From: a virus
DNA length: 64,000 bases
Reading direction: 5' to 3' (one strand)
IMG/VR virus record: IMGVR_UViG_3300026484_000065
Location: 1-64,000 of that record
Shown: positions 17,961-27,910 of the stretch, piece by piece
Layout: each line of letters begins with the position of its first letter
Numbering within the stretch: the first letter of the stretch is position 1
Position numbers and translations under genes: made by a program
Notes under the pieces: generated by a model
What the model was told of the DNA's origin: nothing
Seen by the model: only the letters and a program-made list of their open reading frames with translations
Database searches by the model: none

Positions 17961-19772
17961 TTAAAATGGAATATCTTCATCTTCTATGTCATCGTTGTCA
18001 CTATTGTCTATAACACCCATATATCTTTTTTGTTCTTCAAGTTCATCAAGATATCTTTCTTCCAAGAACTCCAAAAAGAATGCCCATCCAAACATATTCT
18101 TGCCTTCCTTGATGATATTTGTGCCTCTTGTTTTTAAAGCCTTGAACCATCTTCTGTGTTGTCCATGGTACTTATCCCAAATAGGCATCATTTTCTTAAA
18201 GAAGAAATTTGATGAAGGTTTATATTCATATCCATCTTTGTTCTTAGGCAATCCATTGATATACACATGAATATCTATAAAAGCTTCAACAAGCACTTCT
18301 ATATTTACTGTAGTTTTGTATACCTTAATAATATCAGCTATACGTTCTTGAGGATTCTTGATTCGTACAATAGTATCATCTGTTTTTCTTTTTACAGTAC
18401 CAACATGAACTTGTTCAACTTCTTCTTTCTTTTTGTATAACTCTTTCTCAAGCTCTTCAAGTCTAGCTATGCGTTCATTGTACCAATCTCTACTTATCTC
18501 TTGTACCACAACATCTTTATCAATAAGTTCATCAAGATTGAGTAATGCTAATCTATCAACCTCTTTGGCAAGGTTTATTATGTTTTGTTCTCTATCTTCT
18601 GTTTTTGGTACTGGATTAAAGTCATCATAATAAAATCCAAATCTTGCAAAATTAGAACCACAATCAAGAAATCTCTTAGTTTCGACCTTATCTGTTCTAC
18701 GGAGATTTCTTCCCAAAATCTGTAGTTCTTTTGGTCTTGACCCTATTGATGTTGCAATAACTAAATCTTCAATCTCTGTGTCTGAGAAACCTGTTGATAA
18801 TGCATTTACATTGACCAAGCATTTTACAGTGAATACATTATTTTCAAATTCAGGTAGTGCTTGCTGTGCTGAATTTGGATCAATATACTTTTCTTGATTG
18901 ATAAATGATTTTAAAATTGCATCACGTTGTTTGTTTGGTACTTTTGAATGATATACCATAGAACTAAAACCATTTGCTTGAAGTACCTCATTCAGTACCT
19001 CTGCTGTATGAATTGATGATGTAAACAATAATACTTTTCTGTCTTGCATATTCATATGCTTCATCGTATTAACAACATTGTTTATATATGTATCTTTTTC
19101 AATTATATTATTTAACTGGTATTTGTCAAAGTCTCCTGATGAAGTCACTTTGATATTATCAAAATCTAATTTTTCAGCGAATGAAGCTACATATGTTTCA
19201 ATGTTTGGATGCCAAACTGATTTAGCCATTTCTGCATTAGTCATTGTTTGAATTGTTTTGTAAACATTGTCTAATTGATAGCCAAATGCATTGTAGGGAG
19301 TACCTGTCATACCTATTCTAATGCTATATCCGAATTGCTTCTTAAGTTTATTGATAGTACCACCACTTGAGAACTTATGTATTTCATCTTGAATTATGAT
19401 TGTTGGTACAAAATTCAAAGTACCCTTTTCAAGTCTTGATACAACAGATTGGAACATTCCTATTTGAATATTGCAATTTTCACATTGGTTATCATACCCA
19501 GAAGCAATAACGCCTACTTCAAGGTTTATCAGTTTTGCTGTGTCAACAAATTGTTCTATCAAAGCTCTGATTGGAAATACGATAAGCACTGTTTCAAACT
19601 CAGATAGCTTCTTTGCTATTTCAAGAATTGCTATGCTTTTCCCCCAGCTCACCTGAGCATCAAGGACAATAGTGTCTCTCTTTTCCCCTTCAAGGTCTTG
19701 GGCAAACATTAAATCGTTGACTGCTTCAAGTACTTTGTCGACAGCTTCTTGTTGATATGGACGTAACTTCAT
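17961..19772 (-). CDS. SF2 DExH helicase (RadD/UvsW-like) with SSB-like DDIPF tail
   Basis: LRPYQ Q-motif, SWGKS, DEIH, TGTP, LSTGFS, QILGRNLR; C-terminus DDIEDEDIPF. Confidence 0.88.
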   Translation of the reverse strand: MKLRPYQQEAVDKVLEAVNDLMFAQDLEGEKRDTIVLDAQVSWGKSIAILEIAKKLSEFETVLIVFPIRALIEQFVDTAKLINLEVGVIASGYDNQCENCNIQIGMFQSVVSRLEKGTLNFVPTIIIQDEIHKFSSGGTINKLKKQFGYSIRIGMTGTPYNAFGYQLDNVYKTIQTMTNAEMAKSVWHPNIETYVASFAEKLDFDNIKVTSSGDFDKYQLNNIIEKDTYINNVVNTMKHMNMQDRKVLLFTSSIHTAEVLNEVLQANGFSSMVYHSKVPNKQRDAILKSFINQEKYIDPNSAQQALPEFENNVFTVKCLVNVNALSTGFSDTEIEDLVIATSIGSRPKELQILGRNLRRTDKVETKRFLDCGSNFARFGFYYDDFNPVPKTEDREQNIINLAKEVDRLALLNLDELIDKDVVVQEISRDWYNERIARLEELEKELYKKKEEVEQVHVGTVKRKTDDTIVRIKNPQERIADIIKVYKTTVNIEVLVEAFIDIHVYINGLPKNKDGYEYKPSSNFFFKKMMPIWDKYHGQHRRWFKALKTRGTNIIKEGKNMFGWAFFLEFLEERYLDELEEQKRYMGVIDNSDNDDIEDEDIPF

Positions 19773-19815
19773 TCACTACTCCTTAATATATATTTTATTG
19801 ATGCAGAAGATATCT

Positions 19816-20556
19816 CTACATCAATAAGTTTTTAGTTGCAAAGTGATTGTTGGTACTATTTCTCTTTTTCCAGTACCCACACTTATCTCTCCAACCACAA
19901 TAATATGCACATCTGTTTGGTTGCTTTTCTTTGTTTTTACCAAACTTCCAGATATCGCATTCTAATACTTCATCAGGATGCTCTATTAAATATTCAATCT
20001 CATTTGTTTTATCAATAATCATATCTTCAACCAAATCGAAATCATATGTTTCAATATCTACAAATGTATATATATTCTTTAATACAGCAGAACCACCTTT
20101 GTTTAAAGCAAGTAGTTTGATTTGGTACTCTTCTCCAAGTTCTTTAAAAAGGAGATATCTATAGATATTTAATTGTGTTTCATAAGTACCAACATCACCA
20201 GATGCTACTTTTTTATAGCCTCCAGCAGACAATAACTTATAGTCATAGATAATCTTATCTTCGTGGTCAATTAAATCAACTGTGCCCGTTATTGTCCAAT
20301 TATTTACTTTGTGGCTGAGTGGTTTTTCTACCTCAAAACCATCCTTGCTTTTAAATATTTCCTCAAAGCCTTTATGAATAACAGAACCTAAAGTATTGTT
20401 ACCAAATTCATCATCATCTGATGGGTCTCCATTCTTCCATCTCAATAAGAGCTGTTGATTTTCAAGGCCAAAAGATGATGCAGATAAAGACTTTGTGTGT
20501 TTTGGTACTCCATTATATTTAGTACCCTCTATAACTGCTTTGATTATTCGTTCCAT
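19816..20556 (-). CDS. PD-(D/E)xK Cas4-like exonuclease
   Basis: GSVIHKGFE, ITGTVDLID..IYDYK, QLNIY, C-terminal CAYYCGWRDKC. Confidence 0.85.
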   Translation of the reverse strand: MERIIKAVIEGTKYNGVPKHTKSLSASSFGLENQQLLLRWKNGDPSDDDEFGNNTLGSVIHKGFEEIFKSKDGFEVEKPLSHKVNNWTITGTVDLIDHEDKIIYDYKLLSAGGYKKVASGDVGTYETQLNIYRYLLFKELGEEYQIKLLALNKGGSAVLKNIYTFVDIETYDFDLVEDMIIDKTNEIEYLIEHPDEVLECDIWKFGKNKEKQPNRCAYYCGWRDKCGYWKKRNSTNNHFATKNLLM

Positions 20557-20565
20557 TCATTTCTC

Positions 20566-21099
20566 CTATCTATGTCTTTTCCTATATACTTGTCCCCTAT
20601 AGCATTTATAAATATCATTAAACCAAATGCTTCTGACAAACGATCTCTGTTCATTAACAAAGCATTTATGTGTTTGATAATACTCAACCTGTTGTTGGAT
20701 ATCAATAGATAGTATAGACTTTGCATCTTCTTTTGTCTGCGTATCTATTGTTTTGGTACTACAATAGTTATCTATATCTTTTAATTGTAAAGCTAATACT
20801 TTTAATTCATCTTCATAAGAAAATGATAACTTTGAATGATAGTGATGATAATCGTGCCATACTCTAGCTTTTATATTCACAGCTTGATTCTCATAGATTG
20901 ATGATAGTGTACCGTCTCTACTGATAGTGAAGTACCCATCTTTATTTATTTCTTCTATAAACTCATTATAGTTATCTGTTGTTGTATCTTCTATCTCAAA
21001 TTTAATGTATCTTGTAATATCAAATACAACATCTATAAGTAAGTCTATAGCCTTATTCCATCTGTGATCTAATTGTTTATAGATTTCATTATGTGTCAT
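20566..21099 (-). CDS. Hypothetical phage protein
   Basis: ORF track; RVWHDYHH His-rich motif; GGAG RBS. Confidence 0.65.
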   Translation of the reverse strand: MTHNEIYKQLDHRWNKAIDLLIDVVFDITRYIKFEIEDTTTDNYNEFIEEINKDGYFTISRDGTLSSIYENQAVNIKARVWHDYHHYHSKLSFSYEDELKVLALQLKDIDNYCSTKTIDTQTKEDAKSILSIDIQQQVEYYQTHKCFVNEQRSFVRSIWFNDIYKCYRGQVYRKRHR

Positions 21100-21715
21100 T
21101 TTCTTTCTCCTTTAAATAGTTGTACCCAATCAAAAAAGACTCAGCTAATCCATCTTCTGATGATTTAAACTCTATGTTGTCTTTGGTACTATTTTTTTTA
21201 TCAAATATGTTGATAATCCAACCATCGTTTCTAAACTCATTTAAGAGCTCTATAGCAAGTTTTATTGCTTCAGACTTATCTTTGGATAGGTTAAGGTTTT
21301 TCTTCCATTTATTGGCAGGTATAGGTTGTATATCAACATTATTCAATTCTGCTACAGCTAATAACTTTCCATAGTTTCTAGCTACCGTAGAGCTGCTTCT
21401 ACTGCTGTTGCCAGTTGTAATGCCTGGTTGTTCTATCTGCAAAACATCTATGCCCTTAAATAAGTCATTTATACTGTGAACATCTAACTCATTATGAGAC
21501 TTCTCAGGTGTTTTGATTATCTTTTTATATGAACCTTTGTTGGGTCCTGACTTAATCATAATCTTATTGTTTTTGCCATCCTTGGCAAACACAGTTATAG
21601 CTTCCTTGTCTATAATTTTACGAATAGGCATTGGGACAACATTTATAATCTTCCTTGATTCATTTATGATTGTTATCCCTCCACTCAAACCAATATCGCA
21701 TCCTGCTACAATCAT
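21089..21715 (-). CDS. RuvC-like Holliday junction resolvase
   Basis: GCDIGLSGG, IEQP, PANKWKK, DGLAESFLI. Confidence 0.85.
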   Translation of the reverse strand: MIVAGCDIGLSGGITIINESRKIINVVPMPIRKIIDKEAITVFAKDGKNNKIMIKSGPNKGSYKKIIKTPEKSHNELDVHSINDLFKGIDVLQIEQPGITTGNSSRSSSTVARNYGKLLAVAELNNVDIQPIPANKWKKNLNLSKDKSEAIKLAIELLNEFRNDGWIINIFDKKNSTKDNIEFKSSEDGLAESFLIGYNYLKEKENDT

Positions 21716-22233
21716 TTTAATTCCTTGCCTTTTGTAAAGAATAATTTGAGTATTTCTAGTTTCGTTTCGTCATGTTTTTGTCCTTCATTTGGTTGTGACC
21801 AAATATCTGAAAATTCCAGACAATCATATAGTTTTTTTAGTTCTTCTAATATTTTATTTATAGTATTTTCATCTCTTTCTCTTTTGAGCTTCTTTTGAAT
21901 AATACCCTCTTTTAAGTTCAATATTGTTTTGTAGTCCAAAAACAATACTTTTGTTTTTGGTACTTGCTGAAGAAATAAATGTCTATGTTTGTTAGATACA
22001 TGGGACCTGTTTGCAGTTCGTTGGTTTACTACATACTTATCGTGTTCAATATTGTATTCAACAAGGGTATTTTTGTATGTTCTTAATACTATAGAGTCAC
22101 CAGTGAAATATATGGATAGATTTGAATACTTGTTTTCGTACACAATATTTATATCGTCAACATTGTCAATTGTTGCATCTTCGCATGTATTTATATACAA
22201 AGATACTACTTTCTCATTTGTTAGCCTAGACAT
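21712..22233 (-). CDS. Hypothetical protein
   Basis: ORF track; operon context. Confidence 0.6.
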   Translation of the reverse strand: MSRLTNEKVVSLYINTCEDATIDNVDDINIVYENKYSNLSIYFTGDSIVLRTYKNTLVEYNIEHDKYVVNQRTANRSHVSNKHRHLFLQQVPKTKVLFLDYKTILNLKEGIIQKKLKRERDENTINKILEELKKLYDCLEFSDIWSQPNEGQKHDETKLEILKLFFTKGKELK

Positions 22234-22237
22234 GGTG

Positions 22238-22636
22238 CTAATCCCATAGCTTTAGCTTAGTAGCTAATTCTTTGCACTCTTCCTGTTTAACAAGCAACAT
22301 ATCTTCATTTGTTTCATAGAAGCAATTGCGTATCTTTTCTTTGTACCCCAGTTGATTTAATACTTGCTCAACAATTTCATCAGGTGTTGCTTCAGTAAGC
22401 AGTCTATCGATTGCATAATGTACTGTCTTCTTTTTCTCTCTTAAAGAATTCGTACCGCTATGTCTTGAACCGATATTTGTTGTAAGAGATTTTGCCAGAT
22501 TTCCTTCGCTGAAGCTCCATTTCATATAGCGTGCTAAGGAGTCAATATCATCTACCCACTCTGGAAACTTGTAAAAATTGTTTTTACCGCCGTCTGATTT
22601 AATTTCTTTATTCATCTTATTTTCCTTTGCATTCAT
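22238..22636 (-). CDS. DUF3310-like phage protein
   Basis: SDGGKNNFY, SFSEGNLAK, KKTVHY pattern. Confidence 0.55.
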   Translation of the reverse strand: MNAKENKMNKEIKSDGGKNNFYKFPEWVDDIDSLARYMKWSFSEGNLAKSLTTNIGSRHSGTNSLREKKKTVHYAIDRLLTEATPDEIVEQVLNQLGYKEKIRNCFYETNEDMLLVKQEECKELATKLKLWD

Positions 22637-22639
22637 GTT

Positions 22640-23260
22640 CTATACAAGTCTATATTCGTTTTCTAGTTTTTGGTACAGTTCGATTTCAAAACTATCTAAT
22701 GAGCATTCGTCAGCTAATTTGAACGCAGACACGTTATCTTCTTCGCCGTTCCAAATCTTAATATATTCCCCTTCTTTATACCCATGTTCTTGTCTAAATC
22801 TATTTAATACATGTTTAGACATATAAGCTTTGTAGATATCTTCCACATCCATATCTAGCTTCTTGAATAAAACTCCTATTGCTTCGGTACTATTTGATTT
22901 AACAATATCATTAATAACAATAGTGCCAATATCAAAAACATTGACTAGTTGACTACCAATGCCATCAAAGATGTTATATCCAAATTCTTTATAGTTTGTA
23001 CCGCTTGCAATAGCATGGCTGATTGCAAAAAATAGAATATCAATAGCTTCTACTTTAACATTGAACCAATCTGCTTCATTCTTCTTCCAATGGTAGCAAT
23101 TAGGTAAACTTTCTAACAGTTCACATGCTTCAATAATTTTATATTTTTCCCATCTCTCTGGTGATACAAAGTTCTCATTGAACGATTTATCCCATCCAAT
23201 ACCAGCTGTTTGATTATTTAGTTCCATTTGTTTGTTAAACATTTTTTTAATTAAATTCAT
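22640..23260 (-). CDS. dut: Dimeric (all-alpha) dUTPase
   Basis: QMELN, EACELLES..HWKK, VEAIDILFF, YMSKHVLNRFRQEHGYKEGEYIKIWNGEEDN. Confidence 0.9.
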   Translation of the reverse strand: MNLIKKMFNKQMELNNQTAGIGWDKSFNENFVSPERWEKYKIIEACELLESLPNCYHWKKNEADWFNVKVEAIDILFFAISHAIASGTNYKEFGYNIFDGIGSQLVNVFDIGTIVINDIVKSNSTEAIGVLFKKLDMDVEDIYKAYMSKHVLNRFRQEHGYKEGEYIKIWNGEEDNVSAFKLADECSLDSFEIELYQKLENEYRLV

Positions 23261-23278
23261 TTTGTTTTTTCTCCAATA

Positions 23279-24097
23279 TTATAATTTCAGTTTATTTTTA
23301 AACTCTATATTCTCTACAACGCTGTCAGATAACTTTCCACCATTAATAAAGTATTGCGTGACAAGAGAACTAATTAATCTTGCACCAATTTGATTTTCTT
23401 TATATGTATTTTTTATTGCTTCTTGGATGTCGCATACTGCTTTAGCATGCTCAGTGTTATATAGTTCACAGTACATTTTTAGCTCGTTTGAATCATTTAC
23501 CATTTCTAGCATTGCTTCAAGTGACAGCTTTTCTATGTTAAACACCAATCCAACTCTACCAAGGAATTCTGTTTTGAGTCCAATATCCTGAAGCCTTTGT
23601 AAGTTTATATTATCTTCATTGTTAAACGCACCAGCAAACACGAATAATACTTTTGAGGTTTTGACTGTTACATACTTTCCGTAATCACCAAAAACTTGAG
23701 TACTGTCTCCTTCGAGAACTTTTAGGAATTCATTCTGAACTCCTGTCGTAGATTCGTGGGCCTTTGAATCGTTGGAATTTCCACTAATGAAAAGTTTATC
23801 GAACTCATCAACAAAAACAACCGTCAATCTATTTCCAGCTTCATTTAGTGGAGACAATGCCTTTGATAAACTGTTGCCAGCCATTCCTTCTTTTGTTAAT
23901 GCTGCTGCATTAATTTCAATGTAATTTAATTTCTTAATTTTACATATTTGTTTTATGGTATAAGATTTGCCACTTCCGCTTGGACCAGTTAGAATAAAGT
24001 GTGGACGCAGTAATCCTTCACTAGCTTTGAATATGTCAAATATTTTCACCATTTTATCACTAGTTGCCTGATATTTGTTTATTTTGTTTTGTTCCAT
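23279..24097 (-). CDS. ClpX-like AAA+ ATPase (truncated)
   Basis: GPSGSGKS, LTKEGMAG, VFVDEFDKL, GVQNEFLKVLEG, FVFAGAF, EFLGR, GAR. Confidence 0.85.
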   Translation of the reverse strand: MEQNKINKYQATSDKMVKIFDIFKASEGLLRPHFILTGPSGSGKSYTIKQICKIKKLNYIEINAAALTKEGMAGNSLSKALSPLNEAGNRLTVVFVDEFDKLFISGNSNDSKAHESTTGVQNEFLKVLEGDSTQVFGDYGKYVTVKTSKVLFVFAGAFNNEDNINLQRLQDIGLKTEFLGRVGLVFNIEKLSLEAMLEMVNDSNELKMYCELYNTEHAKAVCDIQEAIKNTYKENQIGARLISSLVTQYFINGGKLSDSVVENIEFKNKLKL

Positions 24098-24130
24098 TGC
24101 TTTGTTCCTTTTTTTTATTGTTTTTTTTCA

Positions 24131-24547
24131 CTATTGAATATCGTTCAATAATTCTTCTATATATTTAGTACCAAGTATCTCTTTCCCTAGTGCGCTGTCT
24201 AAAACATTATTTTCATATCCTATTCTGATACCATTTTTATATTCAATGTATTGAATATAATTATCGCCTTCCTCATATTCCATAAACTCCATGTTTAGTG
24301 TTGGTACTAATTTGAGTAAATCATTTATTAGTGGTTCTTCTTCACAAGACCACCTTCCATCACAATCAATCTTTATGTCATATTTAATATCGTCATCACT
24401 AACTAACTTTATGTTATTGACAACAATTTTATATCTGTGTATGAAAGTTGTATCATCTTGTTGTTCCACAAACAGTTTCTTCACATTGAGGGCATCAAAC
24501 ACATTTAAGTCATATATATCTATCTGCGCCGTTGACCAGTTCGCCAT
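24131..24547 (-). CDS. Phage protein (DUF1281/ferredoxin-fold-like)
   Basis: MANWS...GRWS...YEEG pattern. Confidence 0.5.
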   Translation of the reverse strand: MANWSTAQIDIYDLNVFDALNVKKLFVEQQDDTTFIHRYKIVVNNIKLVSDDDIKYDIKIDCDGRWSCEEEPLINDLLKLVPTLNMEFMEYEEGDNYIQYIEYKNGIRIGYENNVLDSALGKEILGTKYIEELLNDIQ

Positions 24548-24559
24548 TATCCATCCTTT

Positions 24560-25168
24560 TTACCACCATGCAGAATATTCATATACTCTATCATCATTCC
24601 ATCTAGCAAGCAGAGATTTTAAATCGTTAATATTTTCTTTCCTATCAAATTCATCTTGATACTCTTCGCAATACTCTATAGCTTTAGCAAGAACTTCTTT
24701 TGAAAAGAATACAGGTGATAGACTTTCTGCACCCAGTTCGTCACACATATAATTATTAAAGGTATGATGTTTTCTAAAGTAAAATTCTTCGTGTCGTTCA
24801 CCTTTCTTATGTCCAATATTCCTGTTTGTATCTCTTAGTTTTAACACTAACTCTTTTACTTTTTCTGCATATGGATTTTTTGTATTTGACAACAGCAATT
24901 GTGTAATTGCATAGTACCTATCTCTTCTTATCTCATTTTCCTCTAGATACGTAAATGGTAATCTAATATGATAAATCAATTCCTTTTTTGAAAATTCTTT
25001 AAATAGTTCTCTATTCTTTAGTGCAATAAGAGCAATCTCTTCTCTAAACTTATCAGTGTTGAACCACTCACTAAGAATAGATTCCAATTCGCCATCTAGC
25101 TTTGATTGCTCATCTTTAAGTTCTTTGTATGTTTTTGGGTACGAATAGATATTTTGATCTAGTTCCAT
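24560..25168 (-). CDS. Hypothetical protein
   Basis: ORF track; YFRKHH..NNYM and terminal YSAWW; AAGGAG RBS. Confidence 0.7.
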   Translation of the reverse strand: MELDQNIYSYPKTYKELKDEQSKLDGELESILSEWFNTDKFREEIALIALKNRELFKEFSKKELIYHIRLPFTYLEENEIRRDRYYAITQLLLSNTKNPYAEKVKELVLKLRDTNRNIGHKKGERHEEFYFRKHHTFNNYMCDELGAESLSPVFFSKEVLAKAIEYCEEYQDEFDRKENINDLKSLLARWNDDRVYEYSAWW

Positions 25169-25194
25169 TTTTACTCCTTAATATTCAGTTGTTT

Positions 25195-25228
25195 ATTTGT
25201 TGGCACTAGATAAATAGTGCCAACAAGT
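25195..25228. terminator. Stem-loop / probable terminator
   Basis: TTGTTGGCACTA-gataaa-TAGTGCCAACAA inverted repeat after the vWA gene. Confidence 0.5.
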
Positions 25229-25232
25229 ATAT

Positions 25233-26648
25233 CTACGGTAAAGTAATTTGCTTACCACCTACAATTTTTGGATTCATCTCTCTACCATCATTTGTTACCA
25301 GCCAGATAGGATGAGATTTTTTCAATGTTGGATAATTTCCAATTAAAGATTCAATATCACTATACATATCTGATAAACTAATGAAGATTAATTCATCTTT
25401 TGAATTCTTCATAATCTGTTCCGCTCTATCAAACACAGCTTTATGAGAAGTGCCACCACTACCATGTCTTGTAGAAAAAGCTTCTCTAAACATAGAGTCG
25501 TTTTTAATATCATACTCATCATTTAGGTGGTACTCTTTAATAATATCTGTTGTATGAATTAACACATGCACTTCATTAATCTTTTTAGATTTCTTTTTCA
25601 TAACATATAGAAGTTTCTGCAAGTCTTCTGTATGAAATGAGCCTGATTGGTCAATGGCAATAATGAGCTTTAATTTTGTGTCTGCATTAATCTCAGTAGG
25701 AGCTTTATAGATATGTCTTAATTCGCTATCAATATTTTCCCATGATTGATAAGACTCATGAGTCTTGTGATTAACTTGTACTTCAAAAGTACGTTTAAAA
25801 TCTTTAAACCAATCTACATTAATTTTTACTTCATCAAATACTTGTTGAAATAAAGTACCAATACTTGTACCTTTCGTTGCTGTAGAAATACTCTCTTCAA
25901 TGCGTTCAGCTAATGCAGCCAACGTTCTATCTCTATCATCTTTTTTGATAGATTGAGCACCTTTAAAAGAACCATTATCAATAGCTTTATCTTTCTGTTT
26001 CGTAACATAAGTTAAATCTGTATGTGTTACTTTTGCAAACTTACCTTTGAACTTTTTGATCTTTAGTTTGGTGCTATCTAATTGTGTAATGATAGTTTCT
26101 GCAGGTTCTAATTTGCCCCACGAATTAACAATGTAATCGATTGTCTTCCATTTATCTAACCCACTTGATTGACTAAGTAGCTCTTTAACAAATGTATTGA
26201 TAGCTAATGTATTTGCTAATTCAATAAGATAGAATGGTTCCTCCCTATCTTGTACCAATCTAAACATTTTAGCTTCATGCGCATAAGAAAAGTACCCTCT
26301 AACAATCCACTGAATAGATTTTAAATATTGATATGTAAAATAAATAGTATGCTTCTTGGAAACTTTTAAAATATGTTTTAGATGCTTATCATCTGCATAT
26401 AGAATTGTAAGCTCTACTGCTTCATCTGTTACTTCTACAGATATTAATTCATCTAATTGTTGCACATCAAGTTTTTTGGTACTCTCTACTTCATCCGACT
26501 CTTCAAGAATAATCTTGATTGGTAGCTCAAGAAACAAACCTGTAGACAAGAAAGCTGTTTTGCTTTGTCCCATAACTTGATTTAAATCTACTACAACTTC
26601 TTTAAGAACTTCTCTTCTAAACTCTTTGATAAACTTTTCTTTAGTCAT
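25233..26648 (-). CDS. vWA-domain protein (N4 gp25-like)
   Basis: IAIDQSGS MIDAS, GSGGTSH, LSDMYSD; paired with the upstream AAA ATPase. Confidence 0.8.
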   Translation of the reverse strand: MTKEKFIKEFRREVLKEVVVDLNQVMGQSKTAFLSTGLFLELPIKIILEESDEVESTKKLDVQQLDELISVEVTDEAVELTILYADDKHLKHILKVSKKHTIYFTYQYLKSIQWIVRGYFSYAHEAKMFRLVQDREEPFYLIELANTLAINTFVKELLSQSSGLDKWKTIDYIVNSWGKLEPAETIITQLDSTKLKIKKFKGKFAKVTHTDLTYVTKQKDKAIDNGSFKGAQSIKKDDRDRTLAALAERIEESISTATKGTSIGTLFQQVFDEVKINVDWFKDFKRTFEVQVNHKTHESYQSWENIDSELRHIYKAPTEINADTKLKLIIAIDQSGSFHTEDLQKLLYVMKKKSKKINEVHVLIHTTDIIKEYHLNDEYDIKNDSMFREAFSTRHGSGGTSHKAVFDRAEQIMKNSKDELIFISLSDMYSDIESLIGNYPTLKKSHPIWLVTNDGREMNPKIVGGKQITLP

Positions 26649-26725
26649 TTTTTTCTCCTGTTTTATTTAATAGAAAGTTTATAATAAACTCCCTATTTTT
26701 AGCGTTAAATATAGTGTCTAGTGCC

Positions 26726-27910
26726 CTACAGAATATAATTACTTATTTTTTGAAGGAATGTCTTTTTGTCTTTGAAATCAACTTTCTCTAAAGCTTTCTC
26801 ATCTTTCTTAGATAACTTGTATTTGGTACTATCAAATGTACCCATTAATTTCTCAAGCACAATTTGTTGCCCTTTGGTAATCTCTTCACCATTGACATTT
26901 TGAGAATATTTACTAGCCATTTCAGCAGACAAGAATCCAATAAACGTATCATTCTCATCTAATGCAGTATTGATAAGATCAAGCATATATTTTGCATCTA
27001 TAGGCTTAACTATATGATTAAAGATATATGAATATAAGATCTCATCAATAAAGTCCATGTCTTTGAAGTTTGGTACTATTTGTTTATTTACCTTTTCTTC
27101 AAAGTTGATAGAGTTAACATATTGCACATGTTTATTGAATTCTCTTGCAACATCATTAGACACAAAGCCTTTAGCAACCATATAAGCATTTTCACTAATA
27201 AATGCATTATCTAATGAATCTAGCATATTTGAAAAATATTCCCAGCTTCTTGGTGATGCTGAAGATTCAAGATCTTCTGTTTCTTCTTCGCTAATATAGC
27301 TTGGATTCTTTCTCACGAAAGATGAAACATACATATTTAGTTTGGCACCAAAATTATCAATCCAGTATTCGCTGTTTAACTCAACTTCAACTAGCTGCAT
27401 TCTATCTTTAACTGGTGTATCCATTAACTGCATACCAGCAGCTTCACTATCATTCATAGTTAGTACAATAGCTACTTTATCGTGCAGCCTATATTGTCCC
27501 ATACGTCTATCTAATAATAATTCGTATAGAACTGCTTGGGTAGATCTATTTACCTTATGAACATCATCTAGTAGTACCACACATCCACCATGCTTTTCAG
27601 CTTCAAGGTTAGCTCTAACAACTAATTCAGGAGCTGTCCACTCTGTAACCTTTGATTGTGTTAGTCCATCAATTTTGTATTTATTCAGTTCTTCTGCATC
27701 TACAAAATCTGGTAATCCTAAATAATATTGAATTCCTCGTGATGGCATAGATACTTCTACTGTTGGTACTCCTAATTCCTTAGCAATTGTTTTCACACTG
27801 CTTGATTTACCTAGTCCTGGCTTACTTTTTAAACAAATAGGCAGAACCTGTTTGTTATCTAATTGTGCTTTTACATTAGCTCTTAATAATTGCATTACCG
27901 TGTTATTCAT
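26726..27910 (-). CDS. MoxR-like AAA ATPase (N4 gp24-like)
   Basis: SKPGLGKSS, LLDDVH, LYELLLDRRMG, ASPRSWE. Confidence 0.85.
   Translation of the reverse strand: MNNTVMQLLRANVKAQLDNKQVLPICLKSKPGLGKSSSVKTIAKELGVPTVEVSMPSRGIQYYLGLPDFVDAEELNKYKIDGLTQSKVTEWTAPELVVRANLEAEKHGGCVVLLDDVHKVNRSTQAVLYELLLDRRMGQYRLHDKVAIVLTMNDSEAAGMQLMDTPVKDRMQLVEVELNSEYWIDNFGAKLNMYVSSFVRKNPSYISEEETEDLESSASPRSWEYFSNMLDSLDNAFISENAYMVAKGFVSNDVAREFNKHVQYVNSINFEEKVNKQIVPNFKDMDFIDEILYSYIFNHIVKPIDAKYMLDLINTALDENDTFIGFLSAEMASKYSQNVNGEEITKGQQIVLEKLMGTFDSTKYKLSKKDEKALEKVDFKDKKTFLQKISNYIL

Noticed and set aside
19816-20556. Cas4 as evidence of a CRISPR system
   Set aside because: Stand-alone Cas4-like exonucleases are common phage recombination genes; no array or other cas genes
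20544-20726. 60-aa ORF nested in 20566..21099
   Set aside because: Alternative-frame overlap with no clear RBS
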